Below, piece after piece: positions 1 to 9,271 of a stretch of DNA of 64,000 nucleotides. Positions within the stretch are counted from its first letter, which is position 1. Every line of letters starts with the position of its first letter. Where the stretch lies: positions 6,579 to 70,578 of the forward strand of contig CALVTH010000001.1 of NCBI GenBank assembly GCA_944360115.1, written 5' to 3'. The notes beneath the pieces are model-generated. The model did not search any database. It was not told the origin of the DNA and saw only the letters and a list, made by a program, of their open reading frames with translations. The stretch is from an uncultured Clostridia bacterium (GTDB lineage Bacteria; Bacillota; Clostridia; Christensenellales; CAG-917). Position numbers and translations under genes: made by a program.

Positions 1-1
1 T

Positions 2-1066
2 GTGTGCGATGTGGCTTCGCTGCCGCACATGCTCATCGCGGGCACGACGGGCGCAGGCAAGAGCTGTTGCGTGCACAGCCTCATCGTCAGTCTGCTTTAC
101 AAGGCGTCGCCCGAGGATGTCAGGTTCATTCTCATCGACCCCAAACATGTCGAGTTCACCGCGTATGCGGGATTGCCGCACCTCATGCTCGACGAAATCG
201 TGTGCGATGTCGACAAGGCGATACGCGCGCTCAACTGGGCAATCGCCGAGATGGAGCGCCGCATAGCCTATCTGTCGTCGCTGAAATATTCGGACATTGC
301 CGACTACAACCGCGACTGCGAGAAGATGGGTTATCCCAAAATGCCGCGCATAGTCATCATCGTTGACGAGTTGGCCGACCTTATGGCGCAGGGCAAGAAA
401 GCCGTCGAGGAAGCCATCAACAGGCTGGCTAGACTGGCGCGCGCAATGGGCATACACCTCATTCTCGCCACGCAACGCCCGTCCGTCGATGTCATCAGCG
501 GCACCATAAAGAACAACCTTCCCACGCGCGTCGCGCTCAGGGTCAGTTCGGGCCCCGACTCCCGCACCATACTCGACGGCGGCGGTGCGGAAAAACTGCT
601 GGGCAACGGCGATATGCTTTATCTCAATCCCAAACTCAACGGGTATGTGCGTATGCAGAGTCCGTTCACCACTCCGTCGGAAATAAGAGCGGTGGTGGAC
701 TTCATAACCTCTCACAACGAGAGCGTGTACGACAGTTCCGTCAAGGACGCCATTTTCAAGGAGCCCGTCGACCCCGAAGAGGAGAAGAGGGCGGAGAAGG
801 GAAGCGGCGGCCGCAAGAGCGCGGGCGGTATTCCTCCCGAGGTGTACGACGCCGTGCGTATGGGGCTTGACGGGACGCCGATAACCATATCCAGCATGCA
901 GAGGAAACTCAGTCTCGGTTTCCCCAAGGCTGCCAAAATCTTCGACATAATGAAGGATATGGGGCTTATAGAGTACGACGCCGAGACCAAGAAGCACCGC
1001 GTGTGCATATCCGAAGAGGAACTTGACGCCCTCGAAAACGGCGGCGGAGAAGGCGACGAGGAGTAA
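2..1066 (+). CDS. ftsK: DNA translocase FtsK/SpoIIIE, C-terminal part (5' end lies outside the window)
   Basis: The ORF is open to the window edge. It has Walker A 'AGTTGAGKS', motor motifs 'IVIIVDELADLM' and 'HLILATQRPSVDVI', and a C-terminal gamma winged helix 'ISSMQRKLSLGFPKAAKIFDIMKDMGLI'. Confidence 0.9.
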   Translation: MCDVASLPHMLIAGTTGAGKSCCVHSLIVSLLYKASPEDVRFILIDPKHVEFTAYAGLPHLMLDEIVCDVDKAIRALNWAIAEMERRIAYLSSLKYSDIADYNRDCEKMGYPKMPRIVIIVDELADLMAQGKKAVEEAINRLARLARAMGIHLILATQRPSVDVISGTIKNNLPTRVALRVSSGPDSRTILDGGGAEKLLGNGDMLYLNPKLNGYVRMQSPFTTPSEIRAVVDFITSHNESVYDSSVKDAIFKEPVDPEEEKRAEKGSGGRKSAGGIPPEVYDAVRMGLDGTPITISSMQRKLSLGFPKAAKIFDIMKDMGLIEYDAETKKHRVCISEEELDALENGGGEGDEE

Positions 1067-1073
1067 TGCGCGG

Positions 1074-2393
1074 ATGACCCGAACACCGATGAAAATAGGC
1101 GCCGTGTCCCTCGGTTGCGACAAAAACAGGGTGGACACCGAGAAAATGCTCGCCCGTCTTGCGGCGGCAGGGCACAGGATAGTTTCTTCCGAGGACGAAG
1201 CCGACCTCGTCATAATCAACACCTGCGCTTTCACCAAGGACGCGCAGCGCGAAGCCGTCGACGAGATTCTGTCCGTCGTCGCGCTCAAGGAGCGTCGTCC
1301 CGACCTCAGAATCGCCGTGACGGGTTGTCTGCCTCAACGGTTTGCCGAGGAGACCAGACAAGGTTTCCCCGAGGTGGACATCTTCCTCGGGATAGGTGAT
1401 TACGACCACATCGTCGAAGCCGTCGACAAGGCGGCGCGCGGCGAGAAATTCGGGCTCGTCGCAGGCGGCGACGCATATTATCCCGACAGAATCGTCACCA
1501 CCCCGGGACATTACGCCTATCTCAAGATAGCTGAAGGCTGTTCCAACCATTGTACATACTGCGCCATTCCGTCCATACGCGGCAAGTACCGTTCCGAAAC
1601 GCGGGAAAATCTGCTGAAAGAGGCGGAAAAACTCGCCGACGACGGCGTGAAGGAACTCATTCTCGTCGCGCAGGATGTCACGAGGTACGGCGTCGACATC
1701 TACGGCAAACCTCAGCTCATTCCGCTGGTGAAAGGGCTGTCGGGGCTGGGATTCGACAGGATAAGGCTGATGTATCTCGAACCCGAAATGGTGGACGACG
1801 AACTCATAGAGTTCATCGCCACGGCGGACAGGGTGTGCCGCTATGCCGACATACCTCTCCAGCACATAGACAGCGAGGTGCTGAAGCGCATGAACCGTCA
1901 CACCGACGAGAGGACGACGCGCGAACTCGTCCGCAAGGTCAGGGCGGCGGGCATTACGATGCGGACATCGTTCATATCGGGTTTCCCCGGCGAAAGCAGA
2001 AAGGCGCACGCAAAACTGCGCGATTTCATCGCCGAAGCGGAGATAGATTTCGCGGGGATATTCGGATATTCCCGCGAAGAGGGCACTCCCGCGGACAGGA
2101 TGAAAGGTCATCTGCTTCCGTCCGTGATACGCTCCCGCGTGAGCGAACTCCGCGCCGTCGAGGAAGGCGTCATCACGCGCAAGGCGGCGGCACAGAAAGG
2201 CAATATACTCCGCGTCGTCTACGAGGGCATAGACTACGACCGTCAATGTTTCTACGGGCGCACCGAAAGGCAAGCCCCCGACATCGACAGCGTGGTGCTG
2301 TTCACCTCGGACGACAGGGTGGACATCGGCGAATATTACAATGTCGAGGTCACGGGCGCCGACGGAATAGACCTCATCGGAAAGACAGTATGA
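1074..2393 (+). CDS. rimO: Ribosomal protein S12 methylthiotransferase RimO (radical SAM MTTase)
   Basis: It has the N-terminal MTTase motif 'KIGAVSLGCDKNRVDTE', the radical-SAM cluster 'EGCSNHCTYCAIPSIRG' and a C-terminal TRAM-like end. I chose ATG 1074 because the longer frame would overlap ftsK. Confidence 0.88.
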   Translation: MTRTPMKIGAVSLGCDKNRVDTEKMLARLAAAGHRIVSSEDEADLVIINTCAFTKDAQREAVDEILSVVALKERRPDLRIAVTGCLPQRFAEETRQGFPEVDIFLGIGDYDHIVEAVDKAARGEKFGLVAGGDAYYPDRIVTTPGHYAYLKIAEGCSNHCTYCAIPSIRGKYRSETRENLLKEAEKLADDGVKELILVAQDVTRYGVDIYGKPQLIPLVKGLSGLGFDRIRLMYLEPEMVDDELIEFIATADRVCRYADIPLQHIDSEVLKRMNRHTDERTTRELVRKVRAAGITMRTSFISGFPGESRKAHAKLRDFIAEAEIDFAGIFGYSREEGTPADRMKGHLLPSVIRSRVSELRAVEEGVITRKAAAQKGNILRVVYEGIDYDRQCFYGRTERQAPDIDSVVLFTSDDRVDIGEYYNVEVTGADGIDLIGKTV

Positions 2394-3091
2394 CATTAGC
2401 CACTAAGATTACGGTTGCAAGAATAGTGCTCATCGTGCCGACGGTCGCGCTTTACATAGCGGGAATGTTGGCGGAGTCGCTTTATCTGCCGTTGCTCATC
2501 ACATCGTGCGTGCTTTTCGCCGTGCTTTGCTCCACCGATTTCGTGGACGGACACATAGCGAGAAAGACGGGCACGGTGTCCGCTCTCGGCAAATTCCTCG
2601 ACCCGCTTGCCGACAAAATCGTTATCGTCGTGATGCTGTTCCTGATAGTTTTCTTCCGCGATTTCAGTCTTGCTCCCGCGGGCGTGTTCCCCTACGACAT
2701 ACTCGTGATAGCCTTGCTCGGCGGGCTCATTCTCACCCGCGAACTCACGGTCAGCATTTTCCGCGCGATTGCCGCAAGCAAAGGGCTTGTGCTCGCCGCC
2801 GACATCTACGGCAAAATCAAGACCGTGCTTCTCGATGTGGGAGTGGCGTTCCTCATTCTGGGGGGCGTGCACGAAGTCATAATGTACATCGGCGAAATCG
2901 TGTTCTATCTCGGCGCGGTGCTGACGGTGTACTCCGGGCTGCGCTATATGGTAAAGAACAAGCATGTGCTTGCCGACGCAACTGCGGCAGAACCCGCGAA
3001 ATCCGCGGAAGCCGCGCCCGCGGCGGCGGACTCCGATGCGGACGACGATTCCGCAAACGACGGAGTGGACGCTCCGATGTCCGAAAAGTGA
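2390..3091 (+). CDS. pgsA: CDP-diacylglycerol--glycerol-3-phosphate 3-phosphatidyltransferase
   Basis: It carries the CDP-alcohol phosphatidyltransferase motif 'DFVDGHIARKTGTVSALGKFLDPLADK' and is multi-TM. Its ATG overlaps the rimO stop (ATGA). It has an Ala/Asp/Pro-rich C-terminal tail. Confidence 0.9.
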   Translation: MTLATKITVARIVLIVPTVALYIAGMLAESLYLPLLITSCVLFAVLCSTDFVDGHIARKTGTVSALGKFLDPLADKIVIVVMLFLIVFFRDFSLAPAGVFPYDILVIALLGGLILTRELTVSIFRAIAASKGLVLAADIYGKIKTVLLDVGVAFLILGGVHEVIMYIGEIVFYLGAVLTVYSGLRYMVKNKHVLADATAAEPAKSAEAAPAAADSDADDDSANDGVDAPMSEK

Positions 3092-3636
3092 AAAGCGGCA
3101 TAAGACGGGAAAACAGGACTTTCGCCGAGCTGGTAGCGGCGGCGGCAGTCAGGGGAGAGAAAAAGGGCAGACTTTCCGAGAGCGCGTTGCGGCGCGAACT
3201 CAAGGTGTTCTATCCCACCGCCGTGAAGGTGTTGTGCGCCTTCGAGATTGCCGGCGCGCTGGGCGAAAGTAAGGGGAGCAACTTCGATTTCCGTCCCGAC
3301 GCCGCGGCGGTATGGGGCGACAAGGGCGGCGAAAGGGAAGACTATCTCCCTCTTGCCGAGACCGACTCCGATTTCAAATCCGTGGGATTCAAGGGTTATC
3401 TTACGGGCACCCTGCTCCCCGCGGTGAAGATAGGCATAACCTACGGCAGTCTCAGCGTGGTGTTTCTCGAACGCAAGATGTCCGTGGGCTACGAGAGAGC
3501 GCGCGAGGTCTACGACCTCATAGCGGCGGCGGGATTGCTCGGCGAAGAGGACGAAATCAATCCCGGCAGAAAACTTATGAAGATGACATTCTCGGAATAC
3601 GACGCGTTGTACGAGAGAGTGAGCCTGAGAAAATGA
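3088..3636 (+). CDS. Hypothetical protein with two FtsK-gamma-like winged-helix modules
   Basis: This is the only part of ORF 2506..3636 that does not overlap pgsA. The proposed GTG start overlaps the pgsA stop (GTGA), and the stop overlaps the cinA ATG (ATGA). 'LSVVFLERKMSVGYERAREVYDLIAAAGLLGE' follows the FtsK gamma pattern (S-x-LQR-x-x-x-GY-x-RA-x-x-x-x-D-x-x-E-x-x-G). A weaker copy is 'LSESALRRELKVFYPTAVKVLCAFEIAGALGE'. Confidence 0.5.
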   Translation: MKSGIRRENRTFAELVAAAAVRGEKKGRLSESALRRELKVFYPTAVKVLCAFEIAGALGESKGSNFDFRPDAAAVWGDKGGEREDYLPLAETDSDFKSVGFKGYLTGTLLPAVKIGITYGSLSVVFLERKMSVGYERAREVYDLIAAAGLLGEEDEINPGRKLMKMTFSEYDALYERVSLRK

Positions 3637-4328
3637 CGGAAGAGATAATGCGAGTGTGCGGTCTGACCGCCGACGAAGTGTGCGAAAGACTCTCGCCCTT
3701 TGCGGGGCAGGGGGTGGACTTCTCGGTGGAAGAGCTGTGTCTCGACGCCCGCATAACAATGAAGAGCGACCTCGACAAAAAGCGTTTCGACGCCGTGAAA
3801 AGCCGTGCGTACAACGCGCTTGCCGAGGAGATATATTCGGCGGACGACCGCAGTCTGCACGACCTTGCGGCGTATCTGCTCAAAATCAACGGCAGGACTC
3901 TTGCCGTCGCCGAAAGCCTGACGGGCGGCGAGATCTGCTCGCGCCTGACCTCGGTGGCGGGCATAAGCGAGAATTTCTTCGAGGGCATAGTGTGCTACAA
4001 CCGCGCGTCCAAGATGAACCGCCTGCGCGTGCCAAAGGCGTTGCTCGGAGCATACGGCGCGGTGAGTCGTGAGACGGCGTATGCAATGGTGCGCGGACTG
4101 CTGGAGCCGCCCGTCGACATCGGGCTTGCCACCACGGGGCTTGCTGGACCCGCGGGCGACGAAGGGAAGCCCGTCGGACTGGTGTATATCGGCGTGGGCG
4201 CGGGCGACTTCATAACGGTGTTCGAGCGGCACCTTTCGGGCGACAGGAACACTGTGAGGGCGGCGGCGGCGAACCTCGCGCTGTTCTATCTGGTGCGCTA
4301 TCTCAAAGGCGACATTCTGAGACTATAG
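3633..4328 (+). CDS. cinA: CinA-family protein containing only the C-terminal PncC-type nicotinamide-nucleotide amidase domain
   Basis: It contains 'TLAVAESLTGGEICSRLTSVAGISENFFEGIVCYNRASK' and 'GLATTGLAGPAG'. It sits immediately upstream of recA, as in Firmicutes. Confidence 0.8.
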   Translation: MTEEIMRVCGLTADEVCERLSPFAGQGVDFSVEELCLDARITMKSDLDKKRFDAVKSRAYNALAEEIYSADDRSLHDLAAYLLKINGRTLAVAESLTGGEICSRLTSVAGISENFFEGIVCYNRASKMNRLRVPKALLGAYGAVSRETAYAMVRGLLEPPVDIGLATTGLAGPAGDEGKPVGLVYIGVGAGDFITVFERHLSGDRNTVRAAAANLALFYLVRYLKGDILRL

Positions 4329-4443
4329 GTTCAATACGGCTGTTTATCGGTCGGGAAACGCGCGATAAAACGCGTGTTGTGCGAAAAGAAATAAAGACGG
4401 AAAACACTCGGACGCGCAATGCGGACGGATAAAGGAGTTTGTT

Positions 4444-5439
4444 ATGGCAGACAAGGACAACAAAGGGAATTCGCTGGAACTTGCGCTCGCGCAGATTGAG
4501 AAGCAGTTCGGCAAGGGCGCGATTATGCGTCTCGGCGAGGAGCACATCCAGAAGGTGGAAGCGGTTTCCACGGGCTGTCTTACCCTCGACATCGCCCTCG
4601 GCATAGGCGGTATCCCCAAGGGCAGAATCATAGAGATTTACGGACCCGAGTCCTCGGGCAAGACCACCGTCGCGCTGCACATCGTGGCGGAGGTGCAGAA
4701 GACGGGCGGCACGGCGGCGTTCATAGACGCCGAGCACGCGCTCGACCCCTCTTATGCCGCGCGTCTCGGGGTGCAACTGGAGAACCTTTACATATCCCAG
4801 CCCGACAACGGCGAGCAGGCTCTCGACATCGTCGAGACTCTCGTCAGAAGCGGCGCAATCGATGTCGTGGTGGTGGACTCCGTCGCCGCGCTCACTCCGC
4901 AGGCGGAAATCGACGGCGAAATGGGCGACAGTCATGTCGGTCTGCAGGCCCGACTCATGTCGCAGGCTCTCCGCAAACTGACCGCCGTTACTTCCAAGAG
5001 CAAGTGCTCCATAATCTTCATCAACCAGCTTCGCGAGAAGGTGGGCGTGGTGTACGGCAGCGCCGAGACGACGACGGGCGGCAAAGCCCTCAAATTCTAC
5101 GCTTCCGTGCGCATAGACATCAGGAAAACGGAGTCAATCAAGGACGGCAGCGATGTCATCGGCAACCGCGTCAAAGCCAAAATCGTCAAGAACAAGGTCG
5201 CGCCTCCGTTTAAGGTGGCGGAGTTCGACATTATGTACGGCACGGGCATTTCCTCGCTGGGGTGCATACTCGACCTCGCCGTGCAGAACGGTTTCGTGCA
5301 GAAGAGCGGCAGCTGGTTCAGCTACAACGACGAGAAGATAGGACAGGGCAGAGACAAGACCATCGAATTCCTGCGCGCCAATCCCGAAATCGCCGCCGAC
5401 CTCGACCGCAAAGTGCGCGAGAAATACGAAATGGCGTGA
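4444..5439 (+). CDS. recA: Recombinase RecA
   Basis: The 331-aa product is collinear with bacterial RecA. It has Walker A 'GPESSGKTT' and '[28 protein letters not shown]'. An 'aaaggag' RBS lies upstream. Confidence 0.97.
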   Translation: MADKDNKGNSLELALAQIEKQFGKGAIMRLGEEHIQKVEAVSTGCLTLDIALGIGGIPKGRIIEIYGPESSGKTTVALHIVAEVQKTGGTAAFIDAEHALDPSYAARLGVQLENLYISQPDNGEQALDIVETLVRSGAIDVVVVDSVAALTPQAEIDGEMGDSHVGLQARLMSQALRKLTAVTSKSKCSIIFINQLREKVGVVYGSAETTTGGKALKFYASVRIDIRKTESIKDGSDVIGNRVKAKIVKNKVAPPFKVAEFDIMYGTGISSLGCILDLAVQNGFVQKSGSWFSYNDEKIGQGRDKTIEFLRANPEIAADLDRKVREKYEMA

Positions 5440-5530
5440 TTCGCCCGCGCGCACATCGCGCGGCGTCGGCGCGGCGCGCACGCGGCGTGCGCCCGCGGTC
5501 TGCCGTCGCGAATAATTTTGCATAATATTG

Positions 5531-5562
5531 CGCCGCCCCGCCTTTCGGGGCGGCGTTCTTTT
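5531..5562 (+). terminator. Intrinsic terminator after recA
   Basis: The stem is cgccgcccc / ggggcggcg, followed by ttctttt. Confidence 0.7.
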
Positions 5563-5597
5563 GTCGAAAAATTCCCGCCGTGAGTTGGAGATACGCC

Positions 5598-5627
5598 TTG
5601 ACTAAATACCAATATACAGTATATAAT
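5598..5627 (+). promoter_or_regulatory. Candidate sigma-A promoter for rny
   Basis: TTGACT (5598-5603), an 18-nt spacer, then TATAAT (5622-5627), about 58 nt upstream of the rny ATG. Confidence 0.45.
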
Positions 5628-5684
5628 AAATGCACAACTATGCGCATATTGTGCGCATATTGAAATAGAAGGAGTGGTCATTGA

Positions 5685-7310
5685 ATGACAAGCAGTATGG
5701 GTTTATTGCTTGCTTCACTCGATGCCGGTCAAATTGTTGGAGTGGTTCTCGGCGTGGTCGCCGCGCTTGTTGCGGGCACCGCCGCGGGGCTGTTCGGGTA
5801 TAGATCGTATTCCAAAAACAAAATAGGCCTGGCAAAGAGAGAGGCGGAGCGTATCCTCGAAGAAGCGGGTTTGGAAGCCAAAGCCATCCGCAAGGACGGG
5901 CTTCTCGAGGCAAAAGAGCAACAAAATAAATTGCGTTCGGAGTTTGAACGCGAGACCAGAGAAAAGAGAGCAGAATGGCAGCGCACGGACAACCGTCTGC
6001 TGCAGAAAGAGACCGCGCTTGACAAGCGCGAGGACAGTCTGTCCAAAAAGGAAGAAACCCTCGACAAGAAGACCGAGGAGCTCGAGAAGGCGCAGAAGTC
6101 TCTCGAGGAAAGCCGCGAAAGGCTGAAGGGCATCGAAGACGAGCTCAACCGTTCGCAGGAGACTCTCCGAGGCGAACTCGAAAGAGTGGCGGGGATGACC
6201 AAAGAGGAAGCCGAACTGGAACTCAAGAACGCGCTCCTCGAGGATGTCAAGAAAGGCGCGGCAGCCGAGGCGAAAGCCATTGAGGCGGAGGCGCGCGAGA
6301 ACGCCGTCAAAGAGGCGCAGAACATTATAGTCACGGCAATACAGCGTTGCGCGGCGGACCACGCGACGGAGAACACCGTCAGCGTCGTGTCCCTGCCCAG
6401 CGACGAAATGAAGGGCAGAATTATCGGGCGTATGGGCAGAAACATCCGCGCGCTCGAATCGGCGACGGGCGTCGACCTCATCATCGACGACACTCCCGAT
6501 GTCATCACCCTTTCCAGTTTCGACCCCGTGCGCCGCGAGGTGGCGCGCATCACCCTCGAGAAACTCATCGCCGACGGCAGAATTCATCCCGCGCGCATAG
6601 AGGAAATCGCAGACAAGGTGCGCCGCGAAGTCAACGCTTCCATAAAGGAAGCGGGCGAGGACGCCGTATTTCAGGTGGGTGTGCACGGTCTGCACCCCGA
6701 ACTCGTCAAGATTCTCGGCAGACTCAAATACCGCACCAGTTACGGTCAGAATGTGCTCAAACATTCCGTCGAAGTGGCGCTGCTCGCGTCGCTCATGGCG
6801 CAGGAACTCGGCGTAGACCCCAAAGTGGCGAAACGCGCGGGGCTGTTGCACGACATAGGCAAGGCAATCGACCACGAAGTCGAAGGCACCCATGTGCAGA
6901 TAGGCGTCGACCTCTGCAAACGCTATAAGGAGAGCGGCGAAGTCATACACGCGGTTGCCGCCCACCACAACGACATCGACCCCGAGACAATGGAAGCCGT
7001 GCTCGTGCAGGCGGCGGACGCCATATCCTCGGCGCGTCCGGGCGCCCGCCGCGAGTCGCTCGAGAATTATGTCAAGCGTATCGAGAAACTCGAGGACATC
7101 GCCAAGTCGTTCGCGGGAGTGGAGCAGACCTTCGCCGTGCAGGCGGGCAGGGAAATCCGCGTGCTCGTCAAACCCGAGCAGGTTGACGACGCGGCGACGG
7201 TGTTCCTCGCAAGGGAAATCGCCGACAAACTCGAGAACGAGCTCGAATATCCAGGACAAATCAAGGTCAATGTCATCCGCGAAGTGAGAAGCGTGGATTA
7301 TGCAAAATAA
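5685..7310 (+). CDS. rny: Ribonuclease Y
   Basis: It has an N-terminal TM helix, a long Glu/Lys coiled coil, a KH motif '[15 protein letters not shown]' and an HD domain '[12 protein letters not shown]'. It follows recA, as in B. subtilis. Confidence 0.95.
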   Translation: MTSSMGLLLASLDAGQIVGVVLGVVAALVAGTAAGLFGYRSYSKNKIGLAKREAERILEEAGLEAKAIRKDGLLEAKEQQNKLRSEFERETREKRAEWQRTDNRLLQKETALDKREDSLSKKEETLDKKTEELEKAQKSLEESRERLKGIEDELNRSQETLRGELERVAGMTKEEAELELKNALLEDVKKGAAAEAKAIEAEARENAVKEAQNIIVTAIQRCAADHATENTVSVVSLPSDEMKGRIIGRMGRNIRALESATGVDLIIDDTPDVITLSSFDPVRREVARITLEKLIADGRIHPARIEEIADKVRREVNASIKEAGEDAVFQVGVHGLHPELVKILGRLKYRTSYGQNVLKHSVEVALLASLMAQELGVDPKVAKRAGLLHDIGKAIDHEVEGTHVQIGVDLCKRYKESGEVIHAVAAHHNDIDPETMEAVLVQAADAISSARPGARRESLENYVKRIEKLEDIAKSFAGVEQTFAVQAGREIRVLVKPEQVDDAATVFLAREIADKLENELEYPGQIKVNVIREVRSVDYAK

Positions 7311-7989
7311 CATCAAATCGCCTTCCGAAATCGCCAGAATGAGAAAGGCCGCCGCGATAACGGACGAAGTGTTCGACAGCGTGCTGTCCGCTCTTCGTGA
7401 GGGCGTGACGGAAAAGGAAATCGCCGACCTCGTGCTTGCCGAGATTCTCCGTCTCGGCGGCAGCGGAACGGCGTTCGACACAATCGTGGCTTTCGGCGAG
7501 AGCGGCGCGGAGCCGCACCATGTGCCCACCGACAAACGCCTTGAGAAAGGTATGTTGGTCACGGTGGACATGGGCGCGGTGTACGAGAGCTGCGACGCCG
7601 ATTTCACCCGTACGGTCGCCTTCGGCGAGCCGTCGGAAAAACAGCGCGAAGTGTATGCCGTCGTGCTGGAAGCGCAACGCCGCGCGCTTGCCGCGGTCGC
7701 GGACGGCGCGGCTTGCAGGGCGGTGGACGCCGCCGCGCGCGATTACATCGCGGAGTGCGGCTTCGGCGACAACTACATTCACGGCACGGGACACGGTGTC
7801 GGCACGGAAATTCACGAGCCGCCCACGCTGAACGCAAAGAGCGAGGAAATGCTCGCCGCGGGTCAGGTGGTCACCGTCGAGCCAGGCATTTACATCGCGG
7901 GCGAAATGGGCGTCCGCATAGAAGATATGGTGCTTGTGGGAGAGGGCACGCCTTTCAGCCGTCATTCCACCGCACTTACGGTACTGTAA
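7300..7989 (+). CDS. M24-family metallopeptidase (Xaa-Pro dipeptidase-like), catalytic domain only
   Basis: The pita-bread fold ligands are readable: 'VTVDMG', 'DADFTRT', '[15 protein letters not shown]', 'VVTVEPGIY' and 'GVRIEDMV'. It sits before efp, like B. subtilis yqhT. It overlaps the rny end by 11 nt. Confidence 0.85.
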   Translation: MQNNIKSPSEIARMRKAAAITDEVFDSVLSALREGVTEKEIADLVLAEILRLGGSGTAFDTIVAFGESGAEPHHVPTDKRLEKGMLVTVDMGAVYESCDADFTRTVAFGEPSEKQREVYAVVLEAQRRALAAVADGAACRAVDAAARDYIAECGFGDNYIHGTGHGVGTEIHEPPTLNAKSEEMLAAGQVVTVEPGIYIAGEMGVRIEDMVLVGEGTPFSRHSTALTVL

Positions 7990-8039
7990 CCTCTCCGCCT
8001 TGCGGAGCACATAAAGAGAAGAAAGCAGGAGAAATTTTT

Positions 8040-8603
8040 ATGGCACAGATTATGGCAGGTGACCTCAGAAAAGGCGTCACATTCCTCTATGAGAACAACA
8101 TCATGACCGTCGTCGACTTTCAGCATGTCAAGCCCGGCAAGGGCGCGGCGTTCGTTCGCACCAAGATGAAGAATGTCGTGACGGGCAGCGTTCTCGAAAA
8201 GACCTTCAACCCCACCGAAAAGTTCGACCTCGCCCACATCGAGACCAAGAATATGGAATATCTCTACAACGACGGCGAGTTCTACTATTTCATGGACACC
8301 GAAACCTACGAGCAAATCCCCCTCAACCACAGCCAGGTGGAGGACGCGCTCAACTTCGTCAAGGAGAATATGGCGGTCACTATGAAATTCTTCCAGGGCG
8401 CGCCCTTCTCCGTCGAACCCCCGAACTTCGTCGAACTGCTCATCACGGTTTGCGAGCCCGCCGTTGTCGGCAACACCGCCACCAACGCCACCAAGCCCGC
8501 CACCGTCGAGACCGGCTATTCCTTGCAAGTCCCGATGTTCGTGAACGAAGGCGATACAATCCGTATTGATACGCGTACGGGCGAATACATGTCTAGGGTT
8601 TAA
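8040..8603 (+). CDS. efp: Elongation factor P
   Basis: '[19 protein letters not shown]' is present and the protein is collinear with EF-P over its full length. Confidence 0.95.
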   Translation: MAQIMAGDLRKGVTFLYENNIMTVVDFQHVKPGKGAAFVRTKMKNVVTGSVLEKTFNPTEKFDLAHIETKNMEYLYNDGEFYYFMDTETYEQIPLNHSQVEDALNFVKENMAVTMKFFQGAPFSVEPPNFVELLITVCEPAVVGNTATNATKPATVETGYSLQVPMFVNEGDTIRIDTRTGEYMSRV

Positions 8604-8691
8604 GCGCACTATTCGGCGAATTGCTTTGTCAGAGCCGTCCTCACAAACAGTCATGTACGAAAAGTACACTCCTGTCTGCTCGGACGGCTCT

Positions 8692-8978
8692 TTCGCGCAC
8701 TTCATCCGAATATTGCGCTTAAACACTAGCATGAAATTATTCGAAATATCGCGCTCAGCCGTAGAAATCGACCTGATTTTTATCGTTGTCTTTCGACTAT
8801 TCGCGCACTTCATCCGAATATTGCGCTTAAACACTAGCATGAAATTATTCGAAATATCGCGCTCAGCCGTAGAAAACAATCGATTTTCACTCCGTCTTCC
8901 GAGTTTTCGCGCACTTCATCCGAATATTGCGCTTAAATACTGGTGCATAACACTAATATCGCGCTCAGCCGTGGTAAA
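8692..8978. repeat. Three tandem copies of a 73-76 nt element separated by 32- and 30-nt diverged spacers
   Basis: Copies 8692-8767 and 8800-8875 are identical by eye (ttcgcgcacttcatccgaatattgcgcttaaacactagcatgaaattattcgaaatatcgcgctcagccgtagaaa). Copy 8906-8978 is diverged in its middle. A shortened relative lies at about 8604-8650. Confidence 0.9.
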
Positions 8979-9125
8979 TAATCAATATTTTCCGTTCTTA
9001 TATTTGTAGTCTGTTATTAAAATATCCCGTTAGATATAGGGTTTTGCGCCATAAGTAAAGAGAGAATGAAGTCAAGCCGTTTGCGCTGTTCGGCGTGGAC
9101 TGATTGCAGGCAGACAGACCGACAA

Positions 9126-9154
9126 CCGCTCCGACATACGGGGCGGTTTTTTTT
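9126..9154 (+). terminator. Strong intrinsic terminator in the efp-spoIIIA gap
   Basis: The hairpin is ccgctccg-acata-cggggcgg (one G.U pair), followed by eight T. Confidence 0.75.
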
Positions 9155-9271
9155 GTGTTTTCACACGCTGCGGTTTTGCGGTCCCGTTGAGTTTTGCGTT
9201 GCCCGTGCGGCGAAAAATGTCGGGTTTTGCGGGCGGCGGTTTTTTCGGGTGCGGGCGACATAGTTTTTAGT

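Noticed and set aside
2506-3087. Upstream 194 codons of ORF 2506..3636
   Set aside because: This part overlaps pgsA in another frame and translates to Arg-rich nonsense. Only the segment after the pgsA stop shows protein-like sequence, so the gene was called from GTG 3088.
4329-4443. LexA (Cheo box, GAAC-N4-GTTC) operator upstream of recA
   Set aside because: I scanned the 115-bp upstream region by eye and found no GAAC...GTTC pair. This could mean a divergent SOS box or regulation from further upstream, so no site is claimed.
5715-7607. Long antisense ORFs opposite well-supported genes (for example 5715..7607 -, 20858..22876 -, 29691..31928 -, 37711..40860 -, 60992..63124 -, 42777..44183 -)
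   Set aside because: Each lies fully inside a + strand gene with clear family motifs (rny, dnaK, kinase, GH38, topA, iolD). Their products are Arg/Ala/Gly/His-rich with no motifs. This is the usual shadow-ORF effect in GC-rich DNA.
8692-8978. Possible CRISPR array (identical repeats separated by 30-32 nt spacers)
   Set aside because: The repeat unit is 73-76 nt, about twice the length of any CRISPR repeat I know. There are only three copies, and the 'spacers' are themselves weakly homologous (for example cactccgtcttccgag vs cactcctgtctgctcgga). This points to a ~106-108 bp tandem repeat rather than acquired spacers. No cas genes lie in the window.
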